Shown: positions 15,653 through 26,750 of the stretch, piece by piece
How positions within the stretch are numbered: position 1 is the stretch's first letter
Layout: the number at the start of each line of letters is the position of its first letter
NCBI RefSeq assembly: GCF_001457595.1
Contig: NZ_LN831039.1
Location: forward strand, 840,001 to 872,000
Direction of reading: 5' to 3'
DNA length: 32,000 nucleotides
Origin: Mycolicibacterium smegmatis
GTDB lineage: Bacteria > Actinomycetota > Actinomycetes > Mycobacteriales > Mycobacteriaceae
The notes under the pieces: model-generated
The model's database searches: none
Told to the model about the DNA's origin: nothing
What the model saw: only the letters and a program-made list of their open reading frames with translations
Translations under genes and position numbers: made by a program

Positions 15653-15738
15653 GGATCGACGTTAGCCCTTACAGGCCCGGAGCAGCGGTGTTGCCGTCGG
15701 CGTGCCCGATATCACTGTGCAAGGAAAAATTGATTAAA

Positions 15739-15759
15739 GTTGAGCGGAACAGACTCAAC
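15739..15759. promoter_or_regulatory. HAIR-type (HspR-associated inverted repeat) operator upstream of clpB
   Basis: GTTGAGC-GGAACAG-ACTCAAC matches the architecture of consensus CTTGAGT-N7-ACTCAAG. A -35-like TTGACG follows immediately at 15761-15766. The site is 57 nt upstream of the clpB GTG. Confidence 0.7.
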
Positions 15760-15815
15760 CTTGACGACGTTAAACATCACGACAAGCATTTTTCGTACCG
15801 AACAAGGGAGGTGTC

Positions 15816-18362
<2,547 letters not shown>

Positions 18363-18374
18363 TCTACCAGCGCC

Positions 18375-18427
18375 AAACGGCATTCCAGCAGGGAAAGTGC
18401 GAGAGCACGCCTGCTGGAATGCCGTTT
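18375..18427. terminator. Bidirectional intrinsic terminator hairpin between convergent clpB and the oxidoreductase gene
   Basis: Perfect 18-bp stem. AAACGGCATTCCAGCAGG (18375-18392) pairs with CCTGCTGGAATGCCGTTT (18410-18427), with a 17-nt loop. Confidence 0.7.
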
Positions 18428-18440
18428 CGGCCTTAAGGGG

Positions 18441-19520
18441 TCAGAGCTTGAAGCGGCCGGCGAACCCCCGCAGCGGGACGTCGGCGCTGGTGAGCAGTCC
18501 GGGTGGGGCGGCGACGACGGACGCGATGGCGTTGAGTGCGGGCATCCCGGTCACGGTCATGCCGATCGAGGCGAACGAATCCGGATCTGACAGGTCCACA
18601 CCGGGTTTCGGGAAGATCATGTGCTTGTTGTAGACACACGGATCACCCTTGATCTGAGTGATGTAGCAGCCCTTGATGTCCCAGTGCGGGTCGGTGTGCG
18701 GGGTCATCTGCCATTCGAGGTGGGTCTCGATGCGCGGGACCCCGTCGACCATGCCCTGGTACTTGATGTAGTTGCCGCCCAGCGACCCCTTGGGCAGCTG
18801 GTACCAGCCCAGGTCGACGTCCTTGGTGCACGCACCGAGTTCGGCGCTGAACTTCACCTCGTCGAGTTGCAGGCCGAAGCAGTCCGCCATCAGCAGCACA
18901 CTGTCGGCGAACACGCGCGTGTACTTCTCGAGCTTGCCGGGGATCGACGGGTCGTCCACGGGCAGCCCGTAACCCACCTCGATCCAGGTGTCCTTGCTGT
19001 GATGGCATGACACGTCGACGGATTCGATGGTGGTGACGTTCTCGATCTCGGCGACATCGGCCGAGCACACCACGCCGAGGATCTGGTTGAGCCCGGGGTT
19101 CATGCCGGTGCCGTAGAACGTCGACGAACCTTTGCGGCACGCCTCGGCCAGCAGTTCCGACACCGGCCGGCCCGACGGGTGCGGGTGATTGGTGTCGCGG
19201 TGCCAGCCGGTGATCCAGTCGGCGGTGGTGACGATGTTGATGCCCGCTTCGAGCACCCTGATGTAGAGATCCTCGTCGGGGAACACGCCGTGGAACGTCA
19301 GCACATCGGGCCTGGCGGCGATGATCTCGTCGACCGTGCCGGTGGCGGTCACCCCGACGGGCCCGATGCCGGCGATCTCACCCGCGTCGCGCCCGACCTT
19401 CTCCGGTGTGTAGCAATGCAATCCGACGAGCTCCAGATCGGTGCGGTGCTGCAGGCGTTTGATCATCTCGGTGCCGACATTGCCCGTGGCCACCTGGAAG
19501 ACGCGGATGGGTGCGCTCAT
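18441..19520 (-). CDS. NAD(P)-binding oxidoreductase, DapB-N-like / amine-dehydrogenase-like family
   Basis: The ATG at 19520 overlaps the upstream stop (ATGA). N-terminal Rossmann motif IRVFQVATGNVGTEMI. 359 aa. The longer track ORF (to 19628) is Arg-rich and overlaps the Rieske gene. Confidence 0.7.
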   Translation of the reverse strand: MSAPIRVFQVATGNVGTEMIKRLQHRTDLELVGLHCYTPEKVGRDAGEIAGIGPVGVTATGTVDEIIAARPDVLTFHGVFPDEDLYIRVLEAGINIVTTADWITGWHRDTNHPHPSGRPVSELLAEACRKGSSTFYGTGMNPGLNQILGVVCSADVAEIENVTTIESVDVSCHHSKDTWIEVGYGLPVDDPSIPGKLEKYTRVFADSVLLMADCFGLQLDEVKFSAELGACTKDVDLGWYQLPKGSLGGNYIKYQGMVDGVPRIETHLEWQMTPHTDPHWDIKGCYITQIKGDPCVYNKHMIFPKPGVDLSDPDSFASIGMTVTGMPALNAIASVVAAPPGLLTSADVPLRGFAGRFKL

Positions 19521-20578
19521 GTAGGGGTGCCCTTCTGATCGATGGATGCGAGATCGGCGGCACTGCCGCGCCGGTTGAGATCGGCGGCACTGCCGCCCCT
19601 GCCGTCGGGGTAGAACTGCATGGCCCACTTGCGAATCGCGGTGAAGCCCTCGTACTCGGCGGTCGCCAGCGCGGGTGGGTCGGAGTAGCGCTGGTGTGAC
19701 CAGATGTGGATGTCCTGCGTGAACTGCCGGATGACTTCCTCGCCGAACTCGGCGGCCTTGGTGGCGGAGCGCTCGTCGTCACGGCCGGGTGTGCGCCCGA
19801 TGTAGACCATGAACCGCACGTCGCAGGTGGATTCGTCGACCGGGGTGACCGCCGAGATGGTCCGGTTGTCGATCATGCCCCAACTCTTGGTGACAGCGAT
19901 GCCCAGTCCGCCGTTGATGGCCTGGACGCCGCTGTTGACGTCGTCGATGGTCTGGTTCTCGTCACCTTCGAAGGTGATGGTGAAGTCGACGTAGGACCAG
20001 GGCTCGGCGAAGTCGTGCCGCGTGAACACCGGGACGATGGGTGTCTGGTGGACGTACTTGAAATGTGCGAAGTCGACGCCGTTTTCGAGCACGTACTGCG
20101 GATGCAGTTCCAGCGCTTGGCGATACAGCCGCTGCTGCGGGTAGTAGCCGTCGGCGCTGCTGCCGTCGGCGAACGACGCGAACACGTCGGGCGCGTCGAA
20201 GAAGGGTTCACGGCCCAGCACGTCGTGCCAGATGTAGATGGCCTCGTTGCGCTCGGCCACGGGATAGGTCGGCATACGCCGCCCGCGGTTGGGCCGGTCC
20301 TGGTACGGGATGCAGACGTTGCGGCCCTCGGCGTTCCACTGCCACCCGTGGAACGGGCACTGAATGACCTCGCCGACCACCGTGCCGCCGAACCCGAGGT
20401 GCGCCCCGAGATGTTCGCAGTAGGCGTTCATGACGGTCACCTGCCCGGACTCCGAGCGCCAGGCCACCATCTCCTGCCCGAAGTACTTCATGACGCGGAC
20501 GTCGCCGACGCCGACCTCGTCGGACCAGGCGACCTGGAACCAGCCGGTGGGTTTCATCGACAACGGGGGTTTGGCCAT
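19517..20578 (-). CDS. Rieske [2Fe-2S] non-heme iron oxygenase, KshA-like alpha subunit
   Basis: Rieske motif CEHLGAH...CPFHGW. Mononuclear iron motif ENGVDFAHFKYVH. ATG at 20578 with GGGAGG upstream is preferred, with an alternative ATG at 20596. Confidence 0.85.
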   Translation of the reverse strand: MAKPPLSMKPTGWFQVAWSDEVGVGDVRVMKYFGQEMVAWRSESGQVTVMNAYCEHLGAHLGFGGTVVGEVIQCPFHGWQWNAEGRNVCIPYQDRPNRGRRMPTYPVAERNEAIYIWHDVLGREPFFDAPDVFASFADGSSADGYYPQQRLYRQALELHPQYVLENGVDFAHFKYVHQTPIVPVFTRHDFAEPWSYVDFTITFEGDENQTIDDVNSGVQAINGGLGIAVTKSWGMIDNRTISAVTPVDESTCDVRFMVYIGRTPGRDDERSATKAAEFGEEVIRQFTQDIHIWSHQRYSDPPALATAEYEGFTAIRKWAMQFYPDGRGGSAADLNRRGSAADLASIDQKGTPT

Positions 20579-20679
20579 CGTCGCAGTGCCTCCCATCTTC
20601 TGCGGAGAAGCGTAGGAGCGCCGCGACGGGTTTGGAAGAGGGTTCTGTGAAACTTTTCGGCCGAGTTAGGATCCCGCAG

Positions 20680-21342
20680 ATGACGGACGCCGCCCAGCCT
20701 GGCTCCGGGCCCCGCGCCGAGAGGCCCAACCGGCCCAACCGCCGGGGGCTGGCCACACGGGAGAACATGCTGGAGGCCGCGCTGCAGGCATTGGCCACCG
20801 GCGACCCGGGCGCGGTGTCGGCCAACCGGATCGCCAAACAGATCGGCGCCACGTGGGGCGCGGTGAAGTACCAGTTCAGCGACATCGACGGATTGTGGGC
20901 CGCGGTGCTGCACCGCACGGCCGAGCGTCGCGCCGGTGTGCTGGGCCGCCACGATCCGGGCGCCCCGTTGCGGCAGCGCGTCGCGGGCATCATCGACATG
21001 CTCTACGACGGCCTGACAGCCAGCGACTCGCGCGCCATCGAGAACCTGCGCGCGGCGCTGCCGCGGGACCGCGCCGAGCTGGAACGGCTTTATCCGCGCA
21101 CGGCCGCGGAGCTGTCGTCATGGGGGCAGGGCTGGCTGGCGACGTGTCAGCAGGCCTTTGCCGATCTCGACGTCGACCCCGAGCGGGTCCGCGAGGTCGC
21201 GTCGTTCATCCCGGGCGCCATGCGGGGCATCACCTCGGAGCGTCAACTGGGCACTTACACCGACCTCGATGTGGCGCGCCGCGGCCTCACCAACGCGATT
21301 GTGAGCTATCTCGAGGACAACGGGTCAGGGCGACGTGAGTAA
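20680..21342 (+). CDS. TetR family transcriptional regulator
   Basis: HTH region ENMLEAALQALATGDPGAVSANRIAKQIGATWGAVKYQFSDIDGLW. Divergent from the Rieske operon. ATG at 20680 is preferred to the TTG at 20632. Confidence 0.8.
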   Translation: MTDAAQPGSGPRAERPNRPNRRGLATRENMLEAALQALATGDPGAVSANRIAKQIGATWGAVKYQFSDIDGLWAAVLHRTAERRAGVLGRHDPGAPLRQRVAGIIDMLYDGLTASDSRAIENLRAALPRDRAELERLYPRTAAELSSWGQGWLATCQQAFADLDVDPERVREVASFIPGAMRGITSERQLGTYTDLDVARRGLTNAIVSYLEDNGSGRRE

Positions 21343-21368
21343 CCAGTAACCGGGTTGTGACCTCCCTT

Positions 21369-21389
21369 GGTAGCGGCATTTCCGCTACC
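21369..21389. terminator. Small perfect hairpin GGTAGCGG-CATTT-CCGCTACC downstream of the TetR gene
   Basis: 8-bp perfect stem 27 nt after the TetR stop. It overlaps the TTG-start extension of the next ORF, which argues for the ATG at 21409 instead. Confidence 0.4.
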
Positions 21390-21408
21390 AACAAGTAGGC
21401 TGTTGGCG

Positions 21409-22245
21409 ATGGTCCCGCTCTGGTTCACGCTGTCCGCACTCTGCTTCGTGGGTGCGGCCGTGTTGCTGTACGTCGATATCGACCGCCGACGAGGGCTGGG
21501 ACGGCGCCGCAAGTCGTGGGCGAAGTCGCATGGCTTCGACTACGAGTACGAGTCCGAAGATCTCCTCAAGCGCTGGAAGCGCGGGGTGATGTCGACTGTC
21601 GGTGACGTCACGGCCAAGAACGTCGTCCTCGGTCAGATCCGCGGTGAGGCGGTGTTCATCTTCGACATCGAAGAGGTCGCCACCGTCATCGCCCTGCACC
21701 GCAAGGTCGGCACCAACGTCGTCGTCGACCTGCGGCTCAAAGGTCTCAAGGAGCCCAGGGAGAACGACATCTGGCTGCTCGGCGCCATCGGCCCGCGGAT
21801 GGTGTACTCCACCAACCTCGACGCCGCGCGCCGCGCCTGCGACCGCCGCATGGTCACGTTCGCCCACACCGCGCCCGACTGCGCCGAGATCATGTGGAAC
21901 GAGCAGAACTGGACGCTGGTCGCCATGCCGGTCACCAGCAACCGCGCCCAGTGGGACGAGGGGCTGCGCACGGTCCGGCAGTTCAACGATCTGTTGCGGG
22001 TGCTGCCGCCGGTGCCGCAGAACGGCAGCCAGGCCGCGCTCCCGCGCCGGGGTGGTTCACCCAGCCGTCCGCTGGCGCCCACCCCCGCCGGTCGCCGCGA
22101 ACTGCCTCCCGGACGCGCCGACGTACCCCCGGCCCGCGGCGACGTCAGCCGTTTCGCCCCGCGCCCCGAAGCCGGCCGTTCGGACGCCTTCCGCAGGCCG
22201 CCGCCCGCCCGCAACGGGCGTGAGGCCAGCCACTTCCAGCGCTAG
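21409..22245 (+). CDS. Conserved mycobacterial membrane-anchored/secreted protein (Rv0383c-like) with a Pro/Arg-rich C-terminal tail
   Basis: N-terminal TM segment MVPLWFTLSALCFVGAAVLLYV. Strong codon bias. The synteny assignment next to clpB is from memory of the M. tuberculosis map. Confidence 0.6.
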   Translation: MVPLWFTLSALCFVGAAVLLYVDIDRRRGLGRRRKSWAKSHGFDYEYESEDLLKRWKRGVMSTVGDVTAKNVVLGQIRGEAVFIFDIEEVATVIALHRKVGTNVVVDLRLKGLKEPRENDIWLLGAIGPRMVYSTNLDAARRACDRRMVTFAHTAPDCAEIMWNEQNWTLVAMPVTSNRAQWDEGLRTVRQFNDLLRVLPPVPQNGSQAALPRRGGSPSRPLAPTPAGRRELPPGRADVPPARGDVSRFAPRPEAGRSDAFRRPPPARNGREASHFQR

Positions 22246-22290
22246 ACGGGCGCAACCGGCGGTACCGCACCCCTTCAGTACGCTGTCGGC

Positions 22291-23067
22291 ATGCCACGCC
22301 CCGTTGCGCTGATCACCGGACCGACCTCGGGTCTCGGCGCGGGATTCGCCCGCCGCTACGCGCTCGAAGGCTATGACCTGGTGCTCGTCGCGCGCGACCA
22401 GCAGCGCCTGGAACAGCTCGCCGACGAACTGCACCACGAGGCCGGTGCCACCGTGGAGACCATCGGCGCCGATCTCGCCGTCGCCGACGACCGTGCCAGG
22501 GTCGCCGAGCGGGTACGGCAGGGAGTGCGCGTGCTGGTCAACAACGCCGGCTTCGCGACCTCGGGTGAGTTCTGGACCGCCGACTTCGCCCGGCTACGGG
22601 CACAACTCGACGTCAACGTGACCGCGGTGATGGAACTCACCCACGCCGCGTTGCCCGCGATGCTCGACGCCCACGAGGGCACCATCATCAACGTCGCGAG
22701 CGTCGCCGGGCTGGTGCCGGGCCGCGGATCGACGTACTCGGCCTCCAAGGCGTGGGTGGTGTCGTTCACCGAGGGCCTGGCCAACGGTCTGATCGGCACC
22801 GGCGTGGGCATCCACGCCCTGTGCCCGGGATTCGTGCGCACCGAGTTCCATGCCCGCGCGGGCATCGACATGGCAGGCACACCGTCGTTCATGTGGCTCG
22901 AGGTGGACGACGTGGTGCGCGACTGCCTGGCCGACGTGGCCAAGGACAAGGTCGTCATCGTGCCGGGACTTCAGTACAAGGCGCTGACCACCGGAGGCCG
23001 CATGGCCCCGCGGAACCTGGTGCGCGCCGTGACGAAAGTGGTGGGGAAGGGCCGTGCCAGGACCTAG
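22291..23067 (+). CDS. SDR family oxidoreductase
   Basis: 258 aa. Motifs: ALITGPTSGLGAGFA (TGxxxGxG), NNAG and YSASK (YxxxK). Confidence 0.9.
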   Translation: MPRPVALITGPTSGLGAGFARRYALEGYDLVLVARDQQRLEQLADELHHEAGATVETIGADLAVADDRARVAERVRQGVRVLVNNAGFATSGEFWTADFARLRAQLDVNVTAVMELTHAALPAMLDAHEGTIINVASVAGLVPGRGSTYSASKAWVVSFTEGLANGLIGTGVGIHALCPGFVRTEFHARAGIDMAGTPSFMWLEVDDVVRDCLADVAKDKVVIVPGLQYKALTTGGRMAPRNLVRAVTKVVGKGRART

Positions 23068-23097
23068 CGGACAAGCCGAAACACGACCTGAGATCCG

Positions 23098-24000
23098 GTG
23101 CGGGCGCTGATCGCCGTGGTGACGACGCTGATGCTCGTCGTCACCACCGCCTGCTCGGACGACCACACACCCACCCGCACCTACGAGGCCCTCACGACGA
23201 CCGTCGGGCAGGCCCTCGACATCCTGGGCTGGCACATCACGCTCTCGGACCTGCGGTTCGAGGCCGACCGGGTACTGGTCGACGTGGACGCCACACCGTC
23301 GGCCGACCAGCGGGCCAAACCCGAGGACCTGCGGTTCGGGCTGTACGGAGCGCTCGCGCACCCCATCGAGGCCACCGGAATCGGCGCGTGCAGCGACGTG
23401 CCCAGCCTGGCGCTGCAGCCGCTGGCCGCCTCGCCGGCCCAGAATCCCGACAAGCTCTCCGGCACAGTCTGTTTGGGGCCGCAGCGGGATCAGAGCCAGG
23501 TGCGCGGCGTGTACGTCTACTCACCGCGCGACCGCATCAGCGGCACCACCGTCGCGTACGCGGCCGCGTTCCCGGTCGGGGTGCTGCCCACCAACCCGAA
23601 CGACACCGGCCTGTCGATCAAGACCACGAGCGTCGACGGGTTCAGCGCCGACGGCGCACAACTCGCACCCACGGCGCTCGGTGAGCCCGAGGCCTTCAGC
23701 GGCAACGGCTACATGCTGCTGGGGCTGGAGATCACCGGCCTGGCGCAGCGGTACCGCGACGACTCGGCCCAGCGCGGCGGCCCGCTGATGGTGGTCGCGG
23801 CCCCGACGCTGCCGCCGCCCGGCCTCAGCCACGCCTGCTCGGTGTACGGGTCGTCGGTGCTCGTGCTGCCCGACGCATCACGCGAAGGGGTGAACATGCG
23901 GGCCTCGCTGTGTACGCAGGGCGAGATCAACGCCGCGTTGTTGTACGCCTCGGTGTCGGTGATCGGCACCCACGCCGCGCTGTGGACCAACCATGGCTGA
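23098..24000 (+). CDS. Putative lipoprotein / secreted protein
   Basis: GTG start. Signal-like MRALIAVVTTLMLVVTTAC with a Cys at a lipobox-like position (a relaxed match). Confidence 0.55.
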   Translation: MRALIAVVTTLMLVVTTACSDDHTPTRTYEALTTTVGQALDILGWHITLSDLRFEADRVLVDVDATPSADQRAKPEDLRFGLYGALAHPIEATGIGACSDVPSLALQPLAASPAQNPDKLSGTVCLGPQRDQSQVRGVYVYSPRDRISGTTVAYAAAFPVGVLPTNPNDTGLSIKTTSVDGFSADGAQLAPTALGEPEAFSGNGYMLLGLEITGLAQRYRDDSAQRGGPLMVVAAPTLPPPGLSHACSVYGSSVLVLPDASREGVNMRASLCTQGEINAALLYASVSVIGTHAALWTNHG

Positions 24001-24637
24001 GGCCGTCGGCCCCACCGAGTGGGGAGACAGTCCCGGCGTCGGCCCGTGGGAGGGGCCGTGGCCCGACGACCCGCGTTACGACCCCGACCTGCTGCGTGAC
24101 GGTGACTACCGCAATGTGGTTGACGCCTACCGGTATTGGACCCGCCCGGCGATCGTCGCCGACATCGACACGCGCAGACACCCGCTGCACATCGCGATCG
24201 AGAACTTCGGCAGCGACGCCAACATCGGCACGGTGGTGCGCACCGCGAACGCGTTCGCGGTCGACACCGTCCACATCGTGGGGCGGCGGCGCTGGAACCG
24301 GCGCGGTGCGATGGTGACCGACCGCTACCAGCGGCTGCGCCACCACGACACCACCGCGGACCTGCTCGATTTCGCCGACGATGCAGGCCTGGTGGTCGTG
24401 GCGGTGGACAACGTCCCCGGATCGGTGCGGCTCGAGGAAACCGAACTGCCCAGGAACTGCCTGCTCATCTTCGGTCAGGAAGGTCCGGGCATCACGCCGG
24501 AGGCCCAGGCCGGTGCCGCGGTCACGGTGTCGATCGCGCAGTTCGGCTCGACCCGCAGCATCAACGCCGGTGTTGCCGCGGGCATCGCCATGCACGCCTG
24601 GATCACCCAACATGCCGACATGTCGAAGGCGTGGTGA
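23993..24637 (+). CDS. TrmH/SpoU family RNA 2'-O-methyltransferase (Rv0380c-like)
   Basis: SpoU motifs NIGTVVRTANAF, LIFGQEGPGI and SINAGVAAGIAM. Overlaps the preceding gene by 8 nt. Confidence 0.85.
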   Translation: MAEAVGPTEWGDSPGVGPWEGPWPDDPRYDPDLLRDGDYRNVVDAYRYWTRPAIVADIDTRRHPLHIAIENFGSDANIGTVVRTANAFAVDTVHIVGRRRWNRRGAMVTDRYQRLRHHDTTADLLDFADDAGLVVVAVDNVPGSVRLEETELPRNCLLIFGQEGPGITPEAQAGAAVTVSIAQFGSTRSINAGVAAGIAMHAWITQHADMSKAW

Positions 24638-24652
24638 GGCAGGATCGTTGCC

Positions 24653-25834
24653 ATGGATCAGCTATGGGCCAACCGGGCGGCCAGTGCCGAAGCTGCGATC
24701 ACCGAACGTCATCTCAAGAAGCTGTGGGGCCTGCCTGGCACCCAGCTCGGGGTGGTGGCCTGGCCGCCGGCCCGCAAATACACGCTGTTCGGCACGTGGC
24801 ACTACTGGTGGCAGGCGCATCTGCTGGACTGCCTGGTCGACGCCCAGGTGCGTGACCCGCAACCCGAACGCAAGACCAGGATCGAACGGCAGCTCCGGGC
24901 GCACCGGCTGCGCAACAACCTCTCGTGGGTCAACGACTACTACGACGACATGGCGTGGCTGGCGCTGGCCATCGAGCGGGCCGGGCGCCTGGCCGGTGTC
25001 GAGAAACCCACGGCGCTCAGGAAACTCTGCGACCAGTTCGTCACGGCGTGGGTGCCCGAGGACGGCGGCGGCATCCCGTGGCGCAAGCAGGACCAGTTCT
25101 TCAACGCGCCGGCCAACGGCCCGGCCGGGATCTTCCTGGCGCGTTACGACGATCGGCTGCGCCGCGCCCAGCAGATGGCCGACTGGATCGACGAGACCCT
25201 GATCGACCCCGACACCCACCTGGTGTTCGACGGCATCAAGGCCGGCTCACTGGTGCGCGCCCAGTACACCTACTGCCAGGGCGTGGTGCTGGGCCTGGAG
25301 GTCGAACTCGCGGTGCGCACGCAGGATCCGCGCCACGCCCCGCGGGTGCGCAGGCTGGTGGCCGCGGTGGACAAGGAGATGACCACCGACGGCGTCATCA
25401 AGGGCGCAGGTGGCGGTGACGGCGGCCTGTTCAACGGCATCCTCGCGCGTTATCTCGCACTGGTGGCCACGACGCTGCCGGGGGAGACCCCCGAGGACAT
25501 CGCGGCCCGGGACACCGCCCGCACGATCGTGCTGAAAAGCGCACGGTCGGCGTGGGATCACCGGCAGACCGTGGACGGCCTGCCGTTGTTCAGCGCGTTC
25601 TGGGACCGCAACGCCGAGATCCCGACGGCGGGCGGCAAGGAGGCCGAGTTCGTCGAGGGCGCGGTCAACGCGTCGTCGGTGCCCGAGCGGGATCTCTCGG
25701 TGCAACTGGCGGGCTGGATGCTGATGGAGGCCGCGCACAGCGTCGACAGCGTGGATGGCGAGGACGCTGCCGGAGACCAAAACGGCGCCGGAGACGGCGA
25801 AGTGGGACACGACGAGAACGAGGATGAGGAGTAG
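24653..25834 (+). CDS. Glycoside hydrolase family 76-like protein (putative alpha-1,6-mannanase fold) with an acidic C-terminal tail
   Basis: 393 aa. The Trp-rich motifs WHYWWQAHLLDCLVDA and NDYYDDMAWLALA resemble GH76. The tail is GEDAAGDQNGAGDGEVGHDENEDEE. Confidence 0.6.
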   Translation: MDQLWANRAASAEAAITERHLKKLWGLPGTQLGVVAWPPARKYTLFGTWHYWWQAHLLDCLVDAQVRDPQPERKTRIERQLRAHRLRNNLSWVNDYYDDMAWLALAIERAGRLAGVEKPTALRKLCDQFVTAWVPEDGGGIPWRKQDQFFNAPANGPAGIFLARYDDRLRRAQQMADWIDETLIDPDTHLVFDGIKAGSLVRAQYTYCQGVVLGLEVELAVRTQDPRHAPRVRRLVAAVDKEMTTDGVIKGAGGGDGGLFNGILARYLALVATTLPGETPEDIAARDTARTIVLKSARSAWDHRQTVDGLPLFSAFWDRNAEIPTAGGKEAEFVEGAVNASSVPERDLSVQLAGWMLMEAAHSVDSVDGEDAAGDQNGAGDGEVGHDENEDEE

Positions 25835-25837
25835 CCA

Positions 25838-26746
25838 GTGACAGAAGGTCAGTGCGCCCGGATCGATTTCCCGTCGCGGATCGGCGTGTGGTGGGCCAGC
25901 GACACCTGGTCGATGCGCGATGCGCAGGAGGTCGCCCGCGAGATCGAGGCCCTCGGCTTCGGGTCGTTGTTCCTGCCGGAGACCGTCGCCAAGGAGTGCC
26001 TGACCCAGTCGGCGGCGTTCCTCGCCGCGACCGAGCGGCTCGTGATCGGCACCGGCATCGCCAACATCCACGTCCGGCTGCCCAGCGCCGCCGAGGCCGG
26101 CGCACGCACCCTCACCGCCCTGTACCCGGGCCGGTTCGTCCTGGGGCTCGGCGTGAGCCACGGGCCGCTGGTCGAGCGCGGCATGGGTGGTGTGTACCAG
26201 AAGCCGCTGGCGACCATGCGCACCTACCTGGAGCGCATGGCCGCGCTGCCCGAGCAGATCGAGCCAGGTGCGGGCAGGCCGCCGCGGCTGCTGGCGGCGT
26301 TGGGGCCCAAGATGATCGAGCTGTCCGGCACCCACGCCGACGGCGCCCACCCGTATCTGGTGCTGCCCGAGCAGACGCGCACCACCCGTGAGATCCTCGG
26401 CGAGGACAAGTGGATCGTGTCCGAACAGGCCGTGGCGGTCGGCGGCGACGACGCCGATCAGCTGCGCCGCGCGCACCAGCATCTCGAGGTGTACAGCGGC
26501 CTGCCCAATTACCGGAACTCGTGGCTGCGCCAGGGATTCGACGAATCCGACCTGGTGCGCGGCGGGTCCGACCGGCTCGCGCGCGCGGTGGTGGGCATGG
26601 GCTCGGTCGACGACGCCGCCAAGGCGGTCACGGCGCATCTCGACGCCGGGGCCGACCATGTGGTGGTGCAGGTGCTCGGGGATACCCCGACGTCGGATCC
26701 GCGTCCGGTGCTGCGTGAACTCGCCGGCGCGTTCGGGCTCAAGTAG
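25838..26746 (+). CDS. LLM-class (luciferase-like) F420-dependent oxidoreductase
   Basis: 302 aa TIM-barrel LLM-like sequence (GFGSLFLPE..., GLGVSH...). GTG start 4 nt after the previous stop. Confidence 0.75.
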   Translation: MTEGQCARIDFPSRIGVWWASDTWSMRDAQEVAREIEALGFGSLFLPETVAKECLTQSAAFLAATERLVIGTGIANIHVRLPSAAEAGARTLTALYPGRFVLGLGVSHGPLVERGMGGVYQKPLATMRTYLERMAALPEQIEPGAGRPPRLLAALGPKMIELSGTHADGAHPYLVLPEQTRTTREILGEDKWIVSEQAVAVGGDDADQLRRAHQHLEVYSGLPNYRNSWLRQGFDESDLVRGGSDRLARAVVGMGSVDDAAKAVTAHLDAGADHVVVQVLGDTPTSDPRPVLRELAGAFGLK

Positions 26747-26750
26747 CCCG

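Noticed and set aside
15653-15738. Search for a rifamycin-associated-element-like or other long palindrome upstream of the CYTH-GT1 genes that would tie them to antibiotic induction
   Set aside because: I see no convincing inverted repeat in this stretch other than the clpB HAIR. I cannot recall the RAE consensus precisely enough to call a partial match.
22030-22245. Pro/Arg-rich low-complexity tail of the Rv0383c-like protein, considered as a possible separate gene or repeat array
   Set aside because: It is continuous in frame with the upstream conserved domain. It has no nucleotide-level tandem repeat, only compositional bias of the kind common in mycobacterial secreted and membrane proteins.
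25247-26659. 470-aa minus-strand ORF overlapping the GH76-like and LLM oxidoreductase genes
   Set aside because: It spans two independently supported plus-strand genes and their junction. Its composition is low-complexity and Arg/Gly-rich, so it is a shadow ORF.
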